A stretch of DNA of 64,000 nt from the IMG/VR virus record IMGVR_UViG_3300034104_003795, positions 62,001 to 126,000 of that record; one strand, 5' to 3'. Every line of letters starts with the position of its first letter. Position 1 is the first letter of the stretch. The position numbers and the translations under genes are program-made. Shown here in pieces: positions 33,814 to 43,908 of this stretch. Below the pieces are notes generated by a model. It saw nothing but the letters and a program-made list of their open reading frames with translations. It was not told the origin of the DNA and did no database searches.

Positions 33814-34439
33814 ATCTTTGGGAATAATATGTTTTCCATAAAATACTTTGCTTTTTCCTCACCAATTAGTGCTTTCAATGCTGAAAACGTTCTTGGGTTA
33901 GTAGCCTGTATTTGACAATAAATATTTTGTTTCTCTATTACACCTTCAATATTATCGGTTTTCTTTTCCAACCAAAGAAGTGAATTAAGATACCAATCGT
34001 ATTTTTCCACTACCCAATTACAAAAACGAACCAATTCCTCATCGGATTCCGGTTTTAACATAATAAATCTATCGGAAAAAACAGTAGCCCATTCAGGTAT
34101 CTTTTTTCTTTGTTTAAAATCCATACCATCATCAAAAGGATATGTTTTAAGACCAGGACTCAAATCCATATATGCACCCGTTACCATTTTTTCAGTTGAT
34201 ATAACATCAAATCCAAAAATAGGCTCTGGTGAATCTTTATGTGGGAATGTTGTAAAGTGTAGTACTTCTATTTTACCATCACCATATCTTTCCACGTGAG
34301 CCATACGAAATAACTTTGATTCATATCTAAAATTATCCCATCCATAATCTTCGGTTTCTAATGGTTGGCAATTAGGCGCCTTCTCCACCATCTCCTTCAA
34401 CGTCCACGCTAGCTGATTCAGATACTCTTTGTAATTCAT
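33810..34439 (-). CDS. ferredoxin-dependent bilin reductase (PcyA/PcyX/PebS family)
   Basis: RMAHVE, VLHF..FP....PIFGFD, DLSP, R..PEWA.VFS, Q..YC..Q..NPRT. Confidence 0.85.
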   Translation of the reverse strand: MNYKEYLNQLAWTLKEMVEKAPNCQPLETEDYGWDNFRYESKLFRMAHVERYGDGKIEVLHFTTFPHKDSPEPIFGFDVISTEKMVTGAYMDLSPGLKTYPFDDGMDFKQRKKIPEWATVFSDRFIMLKPESDEELVRFCNWVVEKYDWYLNSLLWLEKKTDNIEGVIEKQNIYCQIQATNPRTFSALKALIGEEKAKYFMENILFPKI

Positions 34440-34935
34440 CTAATATAGTTATGTTGTAATCCAATGCTTTGTTTGCTTCATCTGCCCATTCATCTTTTTG
34501 AATTGCTCTAATCGTTCCGGCAATTTCTCTAACATCACCCTCAAACTCATACATCTTACCACTTCCAGGTACATTCTTTTTCATCATCTGCCCACCAAAC
34601 ATAATTGCTAAGTAGTTTAGGTAAACGTGTGGAAGTATTTCTTCTTTACTCAATGTACGAAGGTATTTACGATATTCATTCGTTGCTACCAATGGTGTAA
34701 TTTGAATTTGAGTTTCTCCCATCAATTCTTTAATGTCCTCAAATACCTTACCAGCTCTATCTAAAGCTGGGTGTGGTAATTCATGTACTTCAATTGCATC
34801 AAATATTGCCAATTGCTGACACAAATACAAAATGTATTCTTCGTTTGATAATTCTCCTTTAAACATTCTTTGATTAAATGTCATCTTTTCTGCCAAAGAG
34901 TGCTTTTCAGCTATGGCTTCTTTTAATGGTAACAT
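34372..34935 (-). CDS. heme oxygenase
   Basis: LKE....H..AE (proximal His), Y...L.Q, HVYLNY...FGGQMM distal helix; overlaps the reductase start. Confidence 0.88.
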   Translation of the reverse strand: MLPLKEAIAEKHSLAEKMTFNQRMFKGELSNEEYILYLCQQLAIFDAIEVHELPHPALDRAGKVFEDIKELMGETQIQITPLVATNEYRKYLRTLSKEEILPHVYLNYLAIMFGGQMMKKNVPGSGKMYEFEGDVREIAGTIRAIQKDEWADEANKALDYNITILDELQRVSESASVDVEGDGGEGA

Positions 34936-35014
34936 ATTTTTATAATTTAATTTTTAGATAATACTCTGCCTTGTCATGTCTAAACATAACCTAAATGAAT
35001 TGATTTAGTTGATA

Positions 35015-35215
35015 CTAAAAATCCCCTTCTGTGTGTACAATGTTGTCATCCCAACCATCTCTACCTGCGGTTTTAGTCACATCATCATCTCCCCAGTCCA
35101 AAAAATCTTCTCCTTTGTAATCAGGATGATTCTTTTTCATGTGGTCAATTCCTCTTACCCATGACCAGCTTAGTAACGCTGTTGCGGCAACAACAAAAAT
35201 AATAATTCCCACCAT
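35015..35215 (-). CDS. small membrane-anchored protein
   Basis: TM helix then GID.M...HPDYKGED. Confidence 0.65.
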   Translation of the reverse strand: MVGIIIFVVAATALLSWSWVRGIDHMKKNHPDYKGEDFLDWGDDDVTKTAGRDGWDDNIVHTEGDF

Positions 35216-35251
35216 ATATTGTTTTTGTTTGTTTACCTCTCTATTGGACTT

Positions 35252-35824
35252 CTAGTCCCACCATCCTCTCAAATCACTACCATCGTATTTCTCCCAAGTA
35301 GTAAATTTTTTCCCTTTGAAGATGTCCCATAATTCCTTCCACTCCTTTTCTTCTATAACTCTTGCTCTCTTATATACTTTCCTAGCATGCTTCTTCTCAG
35401 CTGGCGTATCGTTATCTATCAATCTATAATTTCCATCTTCCGTTTTCTCAAACTCAAATTCACTACGATTTATCTTACCCAACTCATCCTCTGCTCTTTG
35501 GATATAATCATCATCCAACTTATGCTTCAATAACTCCAATGCTCTACGCATCTTTATTAACTTTATATTTCGGGTTTCAGCAACTTCTATTCCTTTTTCA
35601 CTCATTCCCTTCTCCATAATACTCAAAGAGCGATACATCATTTCTAAATGGAAACGATAATCCCACCACTGGTGATTGTATAACTCCTTTCTGAATCTCC
35701 ATACATTCTTAAAGAACAATGGAATATCATATCTTATAGCAGACCAAACTTTCCATAGGTTGCTATCATACCATACCAATTTCTCTAAGCTCTCAAAGAA
35801 TGAGTCTTTAAATTCTACTTTCAT
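35252..35824 (-). CDS. conserved phage hypothetical protein
   Basis: WDYRF.LE...GWWD pattern. Confidence 0.7.
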   Translation of the reverse strand: MKVEFKDSFFESLEKLVWYDSNLWKVWSAIRYDIPLFFKNVWRFRKELYNHQWWDYRFHLEMMYRSLSIMEKGMSEKGIEVAETRNIKLIKMRRALELLKHKLDDDYIQRAEDELGKINRSEFEFEKTEDGNYRLIDNDTPAEKKHARKVYKRARVIEEKEWKELWDIFKGKKFTTWEKYDGSDLRGWWD

Positions 35825-35990
35825 AACTTATTTTTTTTCTTAAAGAGGTCTGATAATTTGTTGCCTTCCTTTATAATCTTTCCAGTTTTCTCATCCATCA
35901 TTGGTGCTTTCCACATATGGTAAGCGATGAACAACCCACTAGCTATCATAGAAAGTCCGATAATTTCGATTGCACTCATAATTATTGTTT

Positions 35991-36839
35991 TTATAAATTT
36001 TCAATATACTCTCTTAATACATCCTTTGGTCTCCAATCAAGCCTATTTAATGCATCATCATTCTCTCTACGTGTTTCTTTGTAATTTCCTTTTTGATTAT
36101 CTATATAAAGTTTCTCACATCCAAATTTTTCAATAAAGATATCAGCCACTTCATTAATTGAATAATTAAATCCAGTACCCAATTCCCAAGCATCTTCGTG
36201 TTTTTCATCACTAAATGCAATCTTAATTAAACCATCAACAATATCATCAACATGCGTAAAATCTCTCCTTTGCTCACCATCACCAACTATTGTAATCTGT
36301 TTCCCTTCCGTAATCTGCCCTCTCCATAATCCAATTACAGCAGCCCACTCACCTTCGGTTATTTCCGTTGGGCCATACACATTATAGAAACGAGCTATCT
36401 CAATATTAGTACCAAATACTTTACGATACATTTTACAAATATCTTCACCTAACTTCTTATACATGGCATAAGGTGATTGATATGGGTCATGCCATTGTGA
36501 AGATGAACCCGAATATACTACCTTTACATTCCAGTTTCTAGCCCACTCACAAACCGCTTCCGTTCCAGATGTATTAACTCTGAAAAACTCCGATGGGGTT
36601 TCGAATGATGGTTGAATTCTACTCAATCCCGCTAAATGAAAACATATATCAACTTCTTCTCCGCTGATGTAATCTATTTGTTCAACATTCATTGGTAAGT
36701 ACCGTACTCCTTCTATTTGATTTTCTACTTTACCAGTAGAATAATCATCAATTACAATTACTTTATGTCCTTCGTTGTGAAGTCTTTTTACTAAATTAGT
36801 TCCTACGAAACCAACTCCGCCTGTTACTACTATATTCAT
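35991..36839 (-). CDS. NAD-dependent epimerase/dehydratase
   Basis: TGGVGFVG, HLAG, SSS, YAMYK (YxxxK), RFYNVYGP, RRDFTHV.D. Confidence 0.92.
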   Translation of the reverse strand: MNIVVTGGVGFVGTNLVKRLHNEGHKVIVIDDYSTGKVENQIEGVRYLPMNVEQIDYISGEEVDICFHLAGLSRIQPSFETPSEFFRVNTSGTEAVCEWARNWNVKVVYSGSSSQWHDPYQSPYAMYKKLGEDICKMYRKVFGTNIEIARFYNVYGPTEITEGEWAAVIGLWRGQITEGKQITIVGDGEQRRDFTHVDDIVDGLIKIAFSDEKHEDAWELGTGFNYSINEVADIFIEKFGCEKLYIDNQKGNYKETRRENDDALNRLDWRPKDVLREYIENL

Positions 36840-36840
36840 A

Positions 36841-37131
36841 CTATGCCGTTTTTTCTATTCTTATTGTTATACCCGCTGGCCCAGCGTTTACAAAATATTT
36901 ATTGTACTTATTATCGTTTATCCACCCGTATTTATGAAATCTGAAAATAATTACATCATTACCTTCAAACCAACAATGTATGGCGTTTGTAGCGTAATCA
37001 ATGGATGGTTCTTTTAAAACTCCCATCTTCCAACTATTTACAAATTCCGGTTCCAATTCATCCGGTAGAATGTTTATTATCATTTCCAAAGTATTTGAAT
37101 CAATATTATCGCCACACTCAATCCCAAACAA
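36841..37131 (-). CDS. hypothetical protein
   Basis: 96 aa ORF. Confidence 0.6.
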   Translation of the reverse strand: MFGIECGDNIDSNTLEMIINILPDELEPEFVNSWKMGVLKEPSIDYATNAIHCWFEGNDVIIFRFHKYGWINDNKYNKYFVNAGPAGITIRIEKTA

Positions 37132-37418
37132 ACCAATGTTTTAGTATTTAAATGCTCACCAAACAATTGCCAACTCATTAGGGTAAATATAATAACCCCA
37201 ATACCGTATCCCAAAAGACGAGATGGCCAAATCTCACCATCAAATGCCAATACAAAATGTTGTACCGATTTTAGAAACAACCATCCCGAAGGTATTGATG
37301 CTAAAATAATTATGATTGGATATTTTTCATACCAACCATATTTGATACTACCCTGTAATTGTAAAAAGGTTAATACCTGTGCCACTAATCCATAAAGAAA
37401 CCCTATTAATAAATTCAT
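37080..37418 (-). CDS. small multi-pass membrane protein (DMT/SMR-like)
   Basis: Four hydrophobic helices; start trimmed to MNLLIG after the promoter. Confidence 0.65.
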   Translation of the reverse strand: MNLLIGFLYGLVAQVLTFLQLQGSIKYGWYEKYPIIIILASIPSGWLFLKSVQHFVLAFDGEIWPSRLLGYGIGVIIFTLMSWQLFGEHLNTKTLVCLGLSVAIILIQILWK

Positions 37419-37422
37419 AATG

Positions 37423-37454
37423 TAAAGATACGAAAAATTATTGATATTACCAAA
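37423..37454 (-). promoter_or_regulatory. Bacteroidota-type promoter
   Basis: TTTG-N20-TATCTTTA. Confidence 0.75.
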
Positions 37455-38004
37455 GACTTGCTGAACCAAATGTTATAGTAATACCACTATTTAGTACGTG
37501 ATTCACAATTCCACCTCTCATTCCACTTCTTGCACCAATATTACCATTCATTTCCGATAGGTAGTCCAAAACCTTTCTTATTTCAGGGTCACCCATCATC
37601 ATCATTCCAATTGTTTGTATAAAGATAGATGGGTCTTTAATATGGTCTTTGGTTATTTGCTTACGAGTATGAAATGGTGGTGAAATTGTATCTGGTCTGA
37701 ATGTTTTAATATCAATTTCTTTATCAGCCAAATACATATCAACTCTCATTAGTGGTTCGGTTGTTACTTCCTTATCAATTAACCAAACTGTGTATCTATC
37801 AATCTCAATATCAACTTCGGCATTTTGCATTCTCATAGAGACTCCCATTACATCAAATTCTTGCCCTTCTAACTTATTCCAATTTTGTAATTTAGGTAAC
37901 CCCGTTTTTAATAGACATGAAATATGGTCATATCCTATAAGATAATCTATATCAACATCCAAAGTTGATTGGCCACATTTACTACATACCCATTCTTTTT
38001 TCAT
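37447..38004 (-). CDS. hypothetical protein with N-terminal Zn ribbon
   Basis: CSKC..H.SC. Confidence 0.65.
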   Translation of the reverse strand: MKKEWVCSKCGQSTLDVDIDYLIGYDHISCLLKTGLPKLQNWNKLEGQEFDVMGVSMRMQNAEVDIEIDRYTVWLIDKEVTTEPLMRVDMYLADKEIDIKTFRPDTISPPFHTRKQITKDHIKDPSIFIQTIGMMMMGDPEIRKVLDYLSEMNGNIGARSGMRGGIVNHVLNSGITITFGSASLW

Positions 38005-38006
38005 TA

Positions 38007-38399
38007 TTAATTATATGTTTCAAATCTTAAATCATCTTCATCGGATGGTTTGTTGTGTGGCTTTGGTCTTCCGTTTTCATCTACTGCAACAAATACAATT
38101 TTATCTATTCGGATAATTGTTTGTTTTGTATCTTTGTTTCGTACTTCACAACTTATTGTTACCGATGTTGTACCAAATTGTACTAACTGACAACCTATCT
38201 CAATGATATCACCTGTTTTTGCAGATGCTACAAAGTTGATTTCACTCATTGCCTTTGTAACAATACTACGTTCACCTAATTGACAAATTGTAAATATGGA
38301 TGCTTCTTCATCAATCCACTTCAATACCTGTCCACCAAATAGTGTACCTCTGGCATTTAAATCTTCCGGCTTAATTAATTTTCTCGTTCTGAATATCAT
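38007..38399 (-). CDS. acyl-CoA thioesterase (hotdog fold, YciA-like)
   Basis: DLNARGTLFGG..LKWIDE, F.ASA..GD, V.VD..GRP. Confidence 0.88.
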   Translation of the reverse strand: MIFRTRKLIKPEDLNARGTLFGGQVLKWIDEEASIFTICQLGERSIVTKAMSEINFVASAKTGDIIEIGCQLVQFGTTSVTISCEVRNKDTKQTIIRIDKIVFVAVDENGRPKPHNKPSDEDDLRFETYN

Positions 38400-38635
38400 T
38401 CGTAAATTCTTTTAATATCTATACAATCTTCTTTACCAATATCATCAAATGATTTCCAATTTCCAAACTTCCTATTTGTTCTTGGAAGGGTATGATGTTC
38501 CCTATGTCCACACCATTTACATTCTCTAACAACAACTCGAATAACATCTCTACCATGTGGATGTCCTTTACATTCGTGTTTTTCTTTTCGGTACTCCCAG
38601 TTATGGGCCCCGATGTAGCAAAAAGGGGTAATCAT
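38396..38635 (-). CDS. hypothetical Cys/His-rich protein
   Basis: C..G.H.W and CKWC motifs. Confidence 0.6.
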   Translation of the reverse strand: MITPFCYIGAHNWEYRKEKHECKGHPHGRDVIRVVVRECKWCGHREHHTLPRTNRKFGNWKSFDDIGKEDCIDIKRIYE

Positions 38636-38638
38636 AAT

Positions 38639-39289
38639 TTATTTCTTTTTTATTATTAAAGGAATTATAAATGCTAATAAGGTTAAGATTGAAAATACGG
38701 CATCAATCGCTTCCGTATTCAAATCATGCAACCAATACGATGATACTAACTTCAATCCCAATGCTCCAATTACCCAATATGCTACTCTCTCCAATATTGG
38801 ATTCTTCTCTAATACTTTCACAAACTTTGTTGTTGCAAATCTCATAGCAAGGATACCAATAAACACACCACCACATATCAACCATAAGTTAGGGGTGAAT
38901 GCAACAGCGGCAAATACATTATCAATACTGAATACCAAATCCATCATCTCAATTGCTACGATTGTAGACCATAATGCTGATAAGAATGGTATCTTAATTG
39001 TCATCTTACTACCACCATCCGTTTCAACTTTTGATGATAGGGCGTTATATGCTAAATACATAAGATATAAGCCACCTGCTACTTTTAACCATACCAATTT
39101 GATAAGAACCGATGCAAATAGTAAGGCCAATCCTCTAAAAAGGTAAGCTCCTGCTATACCGTATGTTAGTGCTTTCTTTTGTTGGTCTTTTGGCAGTTCC
39201 TTTACCATCGCAGCCAGTACAGCAGCATTGTCTATGCTGAGTACAATTTCCAAAATCATTATGTTTAGGAAAATCAGTAACTCTGTCAT
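38639..39289 (-). CDS. terC: TerC family membrane protein
   Basis: LEIVLSIDNA, G..GAY.FR, E.MDLVFSIDNVFAA. Confidence 0.9.
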   Translation of the reverse strand: MTELLIFLNIMILEIVLSIDNAAVLAAMVKELPKDQQKKALTYGIAGAYLFRGLALLFASVLIKLVWLKVAGGLYLMYLAYNALSSKVETDGGSKMTIKIPFLSALWSTIVAIEMMDLVFSIDNVFAAVAFTPNLWLICGGVFIGILAMRFATTKFVKVLEKNPILERVAYWVIGALGLKLVSSYWLHDLNTEAIDAVFSILTLLAFIIPLIIKKK

Positions 39290-39479
39290 TGTTTTCTATT
39301 TTTGAATGTTCGTATGGATAACTATCTAATAAATTAACTTTTTCTTCCAACGTAATTATTCGTTCTTTTAACTCGTAGTTTTCATCTACTAAATTAAAAT
39401 AATAAACCATTGTTGAAAAGAAAGCCAATGTAGCTATCACAAGTAGTAAATGTATTTTATATGTCTTAATCCAATTCAT
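39135..39479 (-). CDS. membrane-anchored hypothetical protein
   Basis: N-terminal TM helix; long 3' overlap with terC makes the extent uncertain. Confidence 0.5.
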   Translation of the reverse strand: MNWIKTYKIHLLLVIATLAFFSTMVYYFNLVDENYELKERIITLEEKVNLLDSYPYEHSKIENNDRVTDFPKHNDFGNCTQHRQCCCTGCDGKGTAKRPTKESTNIRYSRSLPF

Positions 39480-39480
39480 A

Positions 39481-40761
39481 TTAATATCTATTAAATCCTA
39501 TTGGTGAATACTTGTCTTCCGATTTGTATTCTGCCTCATCTAAATTATATATTTCAGTTAATGTCATTGGTTTGGTTGCAACATGCTCTTTACCTAAATG
39601 TTTAATTAGATTATTAGCATCATCAATTGGTAAGGCATCGAATTTATGTTCTGCAATCAATCTTCCCTTTCTTAATAGTGCCGAATCAATCTTAGCTTTA
39701 TCCATATTGAATGTTGCCACAATTTGAATTTTTAGAATATCACTTAATATACCATCGGTAATGTTAAGGATGTTTGATACCCCATTAGCTCCACCATTGT
39801 TTCTATCCGTAATTACTCTTTCCGCATCTTCAATGAATAGAATTGAATTACTATTTTGAATTAGGAAAGGTGTCATCTCCGGTGATGTGATGAAATCTGC
39901 CAAGTATGGTGGGATGAATAGAACTCTCTTATCCTTAATCTTACTTGCGATATACTTTAAGTAGTGAGTCTTACCAGTACCCGGTGTTCCATGCAATAGA
40001 ACTAATCCTTTACCATTCTTTTTATTAAGTGTATTGATAATCTTTTCGTGGATTGGTTTAAATGCCTTACCATATCCCAACTCAATATCTAACTTCTGGT
40101 CAGGTAATTCAAACGATGTTGTATCATATCCTCTTGGAGTTTGGATAACCAATGCGATATTATTACTTTCGTGCTTTCGTTTCTTACCTAAACCGATAAT
40201 CTTCTCAACCAATTCGGTATATAATTGAGATTCATCATTTGAAAACACTTGTACATCTACACCAATACTATCTTTGAATGATTTCTTAACTTTGGCCGTC
40301 CACTTACGAATTACATTGGATATATTAATCAATGTAACTGAACCACCTGTTCTTTTTTCCCACACTTCTGTTGCTCCATAATTATTGTGCCCATAGTACT
40401 CTCTGACATAAATTTTATTAAAACCCATATCCTTAACCATAGCAAGAAACGGAGCCTGTTTGATTTGGTATTCATCACTAATTCGGAAATGTTTTGTTAC
40501 AATTCTACCTGTTTGATTTTGAACATAAGTACCGAATGGAAAATCATCCGAATCACTCAAACGATATGGTTGACCGGTTGTTACTTCATTAGTAGCACTA
40601 CCGCCACTACCAACCGCTTCATCGTGAGCATTTCTAATTGCATCAAGAAGTTCTTCTGGAACATCTCCATCTAATTCAAGATTCAATTCATCCAACATAT
40701 CACTCTGCAATTTCTCAATAAGTTTTCTTTCGTTTTCTAAAACTTGCTGTCTTTTACTCAT
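39481..40761 (-). CDS. AAA+ ATPase
   Basis: Walker A GTPGTGKT, Walker B LFIEDAE, LN..DG, D.ALLRKGR. Confidence 0.9.
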   Translation of the reverse strand: MSKRQQVLENERKLIEKLQSDMLDELNLELDGDVPEELLDAIRNAHDEAVGSGGSATNEVTTGQPYRLSDSDDFPFGTYVQNQTGRIVTKHFRISDEYQIKQAPFLAMVKDMGFNKIYVREYYGHNNYGATEVWEKRTGGSVTLINISNVIRKWTAKVKKSFKDSIGVDVQVFSNDESQLYTELVEKIIGLGKKRKHESNNIALVIQTPRGYDTTSFELPDQKLDIELGYGKAFKPIHEKIINTLNKKNGKGLVLLHGTPGTGKTHYLKYIASKIKDKRVLFIPPYLADFITSPEMTPFLIQNSNSILFIEDAERVITDRNNGGANGVSNILNITDGILSDILKIQIVATFNMDKAKIDSALLRKGRLIAEHKFDALPIDDANNLIKHLGKEHVATKPMTLTEIYNLDEAEYKSEDKYSPIGFNRY

Positions 40762-40763
40762 TT

Positions 40764-41303
40764 TTATCGGTTTAATTTATTAATACATTCATCAATTTTA
40801 TCTCTTAATCGTCCACCAATCCCAAAATCACCATCAACCTGCACATGCCTCCACATTGGAATACGAGGTTTCATCCATTTGAACTCTGCACTTAATTTCA
40901 TATCATCAATTGCAATCCAATTACTAATCTTATTATCCTTTGCCCATTTTACAATTTGATGTGCTCTATCAAATTCCAAAGTTGAATTACTCATCTTATT
41001 CCAAATTCCCATTTGTCTGGTACTCATATGGGTTGTGATATCTACAATTGGTGCCGTAATTCCATAGTATTGAAATATACGCTTTAACTGAATAAAACTA
41101 AAATGTTTTTTCCAATCTGAACTCACTACCAAACTTGCATTGGTTTCATTACAAATTTTTTCAAGTGCTTGACAATCTTCTTCAACCCAAGGGTATGGTA
41201 TCGTAAAAGTTTTAGTTGCTTCATTTAGGGTAACTCTGCCATCACCCCACGTTCCCCACGCCAACGGTCCATCTACATCAATGAAAATAATCTTACGTCT
41301 CAT
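40764..41303 (-). CDS. HAD domain protein (Swiss-Army-knife RNA-repair-like)
   Basis: IFIDVDGPL, VVSSDW, WIAIDD, G.G. Confidence 0.8.
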   Translation of the reverse strand: MRRKIIFIDVDGPLAWGTWGDGRVTLNEATKTFTIPYPWVEEDCQALEKICNETNASLVVSSDWKKHFSFIQLKRIFQYYGITAPIVDITTHMSTRQMGIWNKMSNSTLEFDRAHQIVKWAKDNKISNWIAIDDMKLSAEFKWMKPRIPMWRHVQVDGDFGIGGRLRDKIDECINKLNR

Positions 41304-41320
41304 AACTTTTTATTTATATA

Positions 41321-41352
41321 CAAATATACGAAATTTTACCGATTCTACCAAA
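41321..41352 (-). promoter_or_regulatory. Bacteroidota-type promoter
   Basis: TTTG-N20-TATATTTG. Confidence 0.8.
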
Positions 41353-41356
41353 TAAA

Positions 41357-41407
41357 TAACCCATTGATTTTCAATGACTTATAATCAGTTGATTTTCAAT
41401 GGGTTAT
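41357..41407. repeat. two palindromic repeat copies
   Basis: taacccattgattttcaatgacttat and aatcagttgattttcaatgggttat. Confidence 0.8.
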
Positions 41408-41623
41408 GGGTGTTTTTTAATCCCACCAGAACGATTTCGTGGTGGTTTCTTGGATGGCATGCAAGTAGTTAAATATCTTATAGGTTTTTAGGTTTTTCTC
41501 CCAAATAACCCCTTCTTGTAAAGGACTGCCCTACTCTTTTTAGCTATCTTATTATGGATACGTGCCTTCTTTTGTTTTTTAGTTAATCTCATCTTATTAG
41601 GTTTTTTACCCATATAAGTATGA

Positions 41624-41806
41624 TTATTGTTTAGGACTCGTTTTTTTGACCTCTTTTATACCCGCTGCCCATTTTCTTTTTAATCTAAAAAATATGTAAT
41701 TAAAAATTAAGTATGTATTCCAAACAATAGCTACAATTATACCAATAGCAATTATCGGTAACATAATTAGATAGGTCAATAATTTAATCAGTATATTTTT
41801 TATCAT
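41624..41806 (-). CDS. small membrane protein
   Basis: Hydrophobic 60 aa ORF. Confidence 0.45.
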   Translation of the reverse strand: MIKNILIKLLTYLIMLPIIAIGIIVAIVWNTYLIFNYIFFRLKRKWAAGIKEVKKTSPKQ

Positions 41807-42135
41807 AGGGAGAATGATTCACCACATCCACAGGTTCTACTAGCGTTTGGATTTTCCCATTGGAATCCTTTACCATTTAATCCATCTGAATATGTTAATT
41901 GAGTACCATAAAGATATAGTAAACTCTTTCTATCAATTACTACTTTCAATCCACCATCCACCTGAACTACTTCATCGGTTGGTTCTATCTTATCATCAAA
42001 ATCCATTGTGTAAGATAATCCACTACACCCACCACCCTTCACACCAACTCGTAAGTTATGCGTATCAGGTGTTAAACCACCTTCCACCATTAATTCAATT
42101 ACATGCTCTAATGCTTTAGGTTGTAGTGTTACCAT
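41803..42135 (-). CDS. iscA: Fe-S cluster assembly A-type carrier
   Basis: [15 protein letters not shown] and [12 protein letters not shown]. Confidence 0.95.
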   Translation of the reverse strand: MVTLQPKALEHVIELMVEGGLTPDTHNLRVGVKGGGCSGLSYTMDFDDKIEPTDEVVQVDGGLKVVIDRKSLLYLYGTQLTYSDGLNGKGFQWENPNASRTCGCGESFSL

Positions 42136-42137
42136 AA

Positions 42138-42437
42138 TTATTCAGTATTGTGAGACATCCAATCTTCCATCTCTTGACCCAATTTCGGATTCACTTCTTT
42201 TAGGTGCTCAAATGTTAGTTCGTATCTTCCGTTTGTAATGTGTTTAATAAATAATTCATCTTCCAAACTATCTACTACGTGTTGTATAGAATCAATCACA
42301 TATGGTACGGTTGATACCTCTACATGCTCACTTCTTAATTTAGCCAGTTCTTTTTGTTGGAAGTAACATAGTACTAACACAGCTACGGCGCCAGTTCCTA
42401 CAATTGCTTTTTGGTATTTTTGAATAAACTCTTTCAT
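42138..42437 (-). CDS. membrane-anchored hypothetical protein
   Basis: N-terminal TM, DSL.DELF..GRYE. Confidence 0.65.
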   Translation of the reverse strand: MKEFIQKYQKAIVGTGAVAVLVLCYFQQKELAKLRSEHVEVSTVPYVIDSIQHVVDSLEDELFIKHITNGRYELTFEHLKEVNPKLGQEMEDWMSHNTE

Positions 42438-42447
42438 ATCTCTTATT

Positions 42448-42636
42448 TTATAATGCGTGATGTTTAGGTATTATCGCCCAAGCTATAAAGTAAAACATAA
42501 TAACGGGTACGGGTGCAAATATTAGGGTTAGAAAAACGATTCTCCAAACCGATGGGTCACTATTTGTATAAAGTGCTAACCCACCACATATACCTGCTAT
42601 TTTCTTCTCATAACGGCTTCTAAACAATCTTCTCAT
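42448..42636 (-). CDS. PspC domain protein
   Basis: LFRSR..KKIAGICGGLA.Y...D...R...Y..AW.IIP. Confidence 0.88.
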   Translation of the reverse strand: MRRLFRSRYEKKIAGICGGLALYTNSDPSVWRIVFLTLIFAPVPVIMFYFIAWAIIPKHHAL

Positions 42637-43046
42637 TAGTGTAGTTTTTCTTCAAATTGTAATGGCTCTAAACCATTCTTTGTTCTATAATCGTTAATAG
42701 CAGCTTGAACCGCATCTTGAGCAAGAACCGAACAATGTATCTTAACAGGTGGTAGAGATAATTCCTCAACCAAATCCATATTATCTAACTTTGCCGCCTC
42801 ATCCACACTCTTACCCTTTAACCATTCAGTTGCTAGGGAAGATGCAGCAATTGCCGAACCACATCCAAACGTTTTAAATTTCGCATCGGTTATGATTCCA
42901 TCTTCAATCTCTATTTGGAGTCTCATTACATCACCACATTCAGGTGCTCCAACTAACCCAGTCCCCACTGTTGATTTACTTTTATCCAACGTACCAACAT
43001 TGCGCGGGTTTTGGTAATGGTCTATTACCTTTTCTCCGTATGCCAT
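42636..43046 (-). CDS. iscU: Fe-S cluster scaffold
   Basis: DHY.NPRN.G, GAPECGD, FGCGSA, LPPVKIHC. Confidence 0.95.
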   Translation of the reverse strand: MAYGEKVIDHYQNPRNVGTLDKSKSTVGTGLVGAPECGDVMRLQIEIEDGIITDAKFKTFGCGSAIAASSLATEWLKGKSVDEAAKLDNMDLVEELSLPPVKIHCSVLAQDAVQAAINDYRTKNGLEPLQFEEKLH

Positions 43047-43220
43047 ATTATTGTATTTTTAGTTTCTTAATACCAAGGCCTGTTACCACCTTTGAAATAC
43101 TCATACATCGCTATTCCAAACGTAATTAAGGCTGCTTCAATCTTTAGTAATAATAGTTTCATACCAATAAGTATGAACTATCAAAAATTTTTCCCCTTAC
43201 GACTCATCCTTCGGATTTCG

Positions 43221-43412
43221 TTATTCGAAGATATTCACCGATGCCATCTTTACACCACCCTTACCATTATCAACAAATAGTTGCAATTCACCCGTTTTAG
43301 GATTGAATTTCTTTTGGGTAAGTTTCTTCTTATCTTCGGGCTGAATGGATTGATTAGCCAATGCTTTGTTTAATCTGTCCAACTCCGCTTGTTGTATCGG
43401 GTCTAATTCCAT
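43221..43412 (-). CDS. hypothetical protein
   Basis: 63 aa ORF. Confidence 0.6.
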   Translation of the reverse strand: MELDPIQQAELDRLNKALANQSIQPEDKKKLTQKKFNPKTGELQLFVDNGKGGVKMASVNIFE

Positions 43413-43413
43413 A

Positions 43414-43692
43414 TTATCTCCAAATTGGTTCTATATGAAGGTTCACTTCATACAAGTCTTTATAACCACTTTCCATTGGTTCAATTCCATTGATTTTCCA
43501 TAACATTTTTTCAAATGATAACTTACCGCCTAACGTGTAAGCAGGTCCACCTTCAAAATCAAATAGGGTTACATCACCATTCTTATTTGTTGATTTACGA
43601 ACAAATTGTGATTCACCTAAAACTCTCACTTTGTTTAGATTAATTCTTTCAATACTTCTTTCTTGTCCGAATCTGCTCTTTGTGATTTCCAT
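43414..43692 (-). CDS. hypothetical protein
   Basis: SRFG.ER..DFEGGP pattern. Confidence 0.65.
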   Translation of the reverse strand: MEITKSRFGQERSIERINLNKVRVLGESQFVRKSTNKNGDVTLFDFEGGPAYTLGGKLSFEKMLWKINGIEPMESGYKDLYEVNLHIEPIWR

Positions 43693-43694
43693 AA

Positions 43695-43895
43695 CTAATC
43701 TTTGTTGTTTTTGTTATTAATAATTGTGTTTATTTTTTCTTTATCTTCGTTAGATAATTGTTGAAACCATTCCGGCTCTATATTATCCCAACTTTTTGAT
43801 TCTTCTAATATTGGTAAGCCGTTATCATCACAATTCATAATACCCAACGGTCCAACCCATACATTAATTGAATCTAGTTTTATCAAATTTTTCAT
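43695..43895 (-). CDS. hypothetical protein
   Basis: 66 aa ORF. Confidence 0.6.
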   Translation of the reverse strand: MKNLIKLDSINVWVGPLGIMNCDDNGLPILEESKSWDNIEPEWFQQLSNEDKEKINTIINNKNNKD

Positions 43896-43908
43896 ATTAA
43901 CGTTTCAT

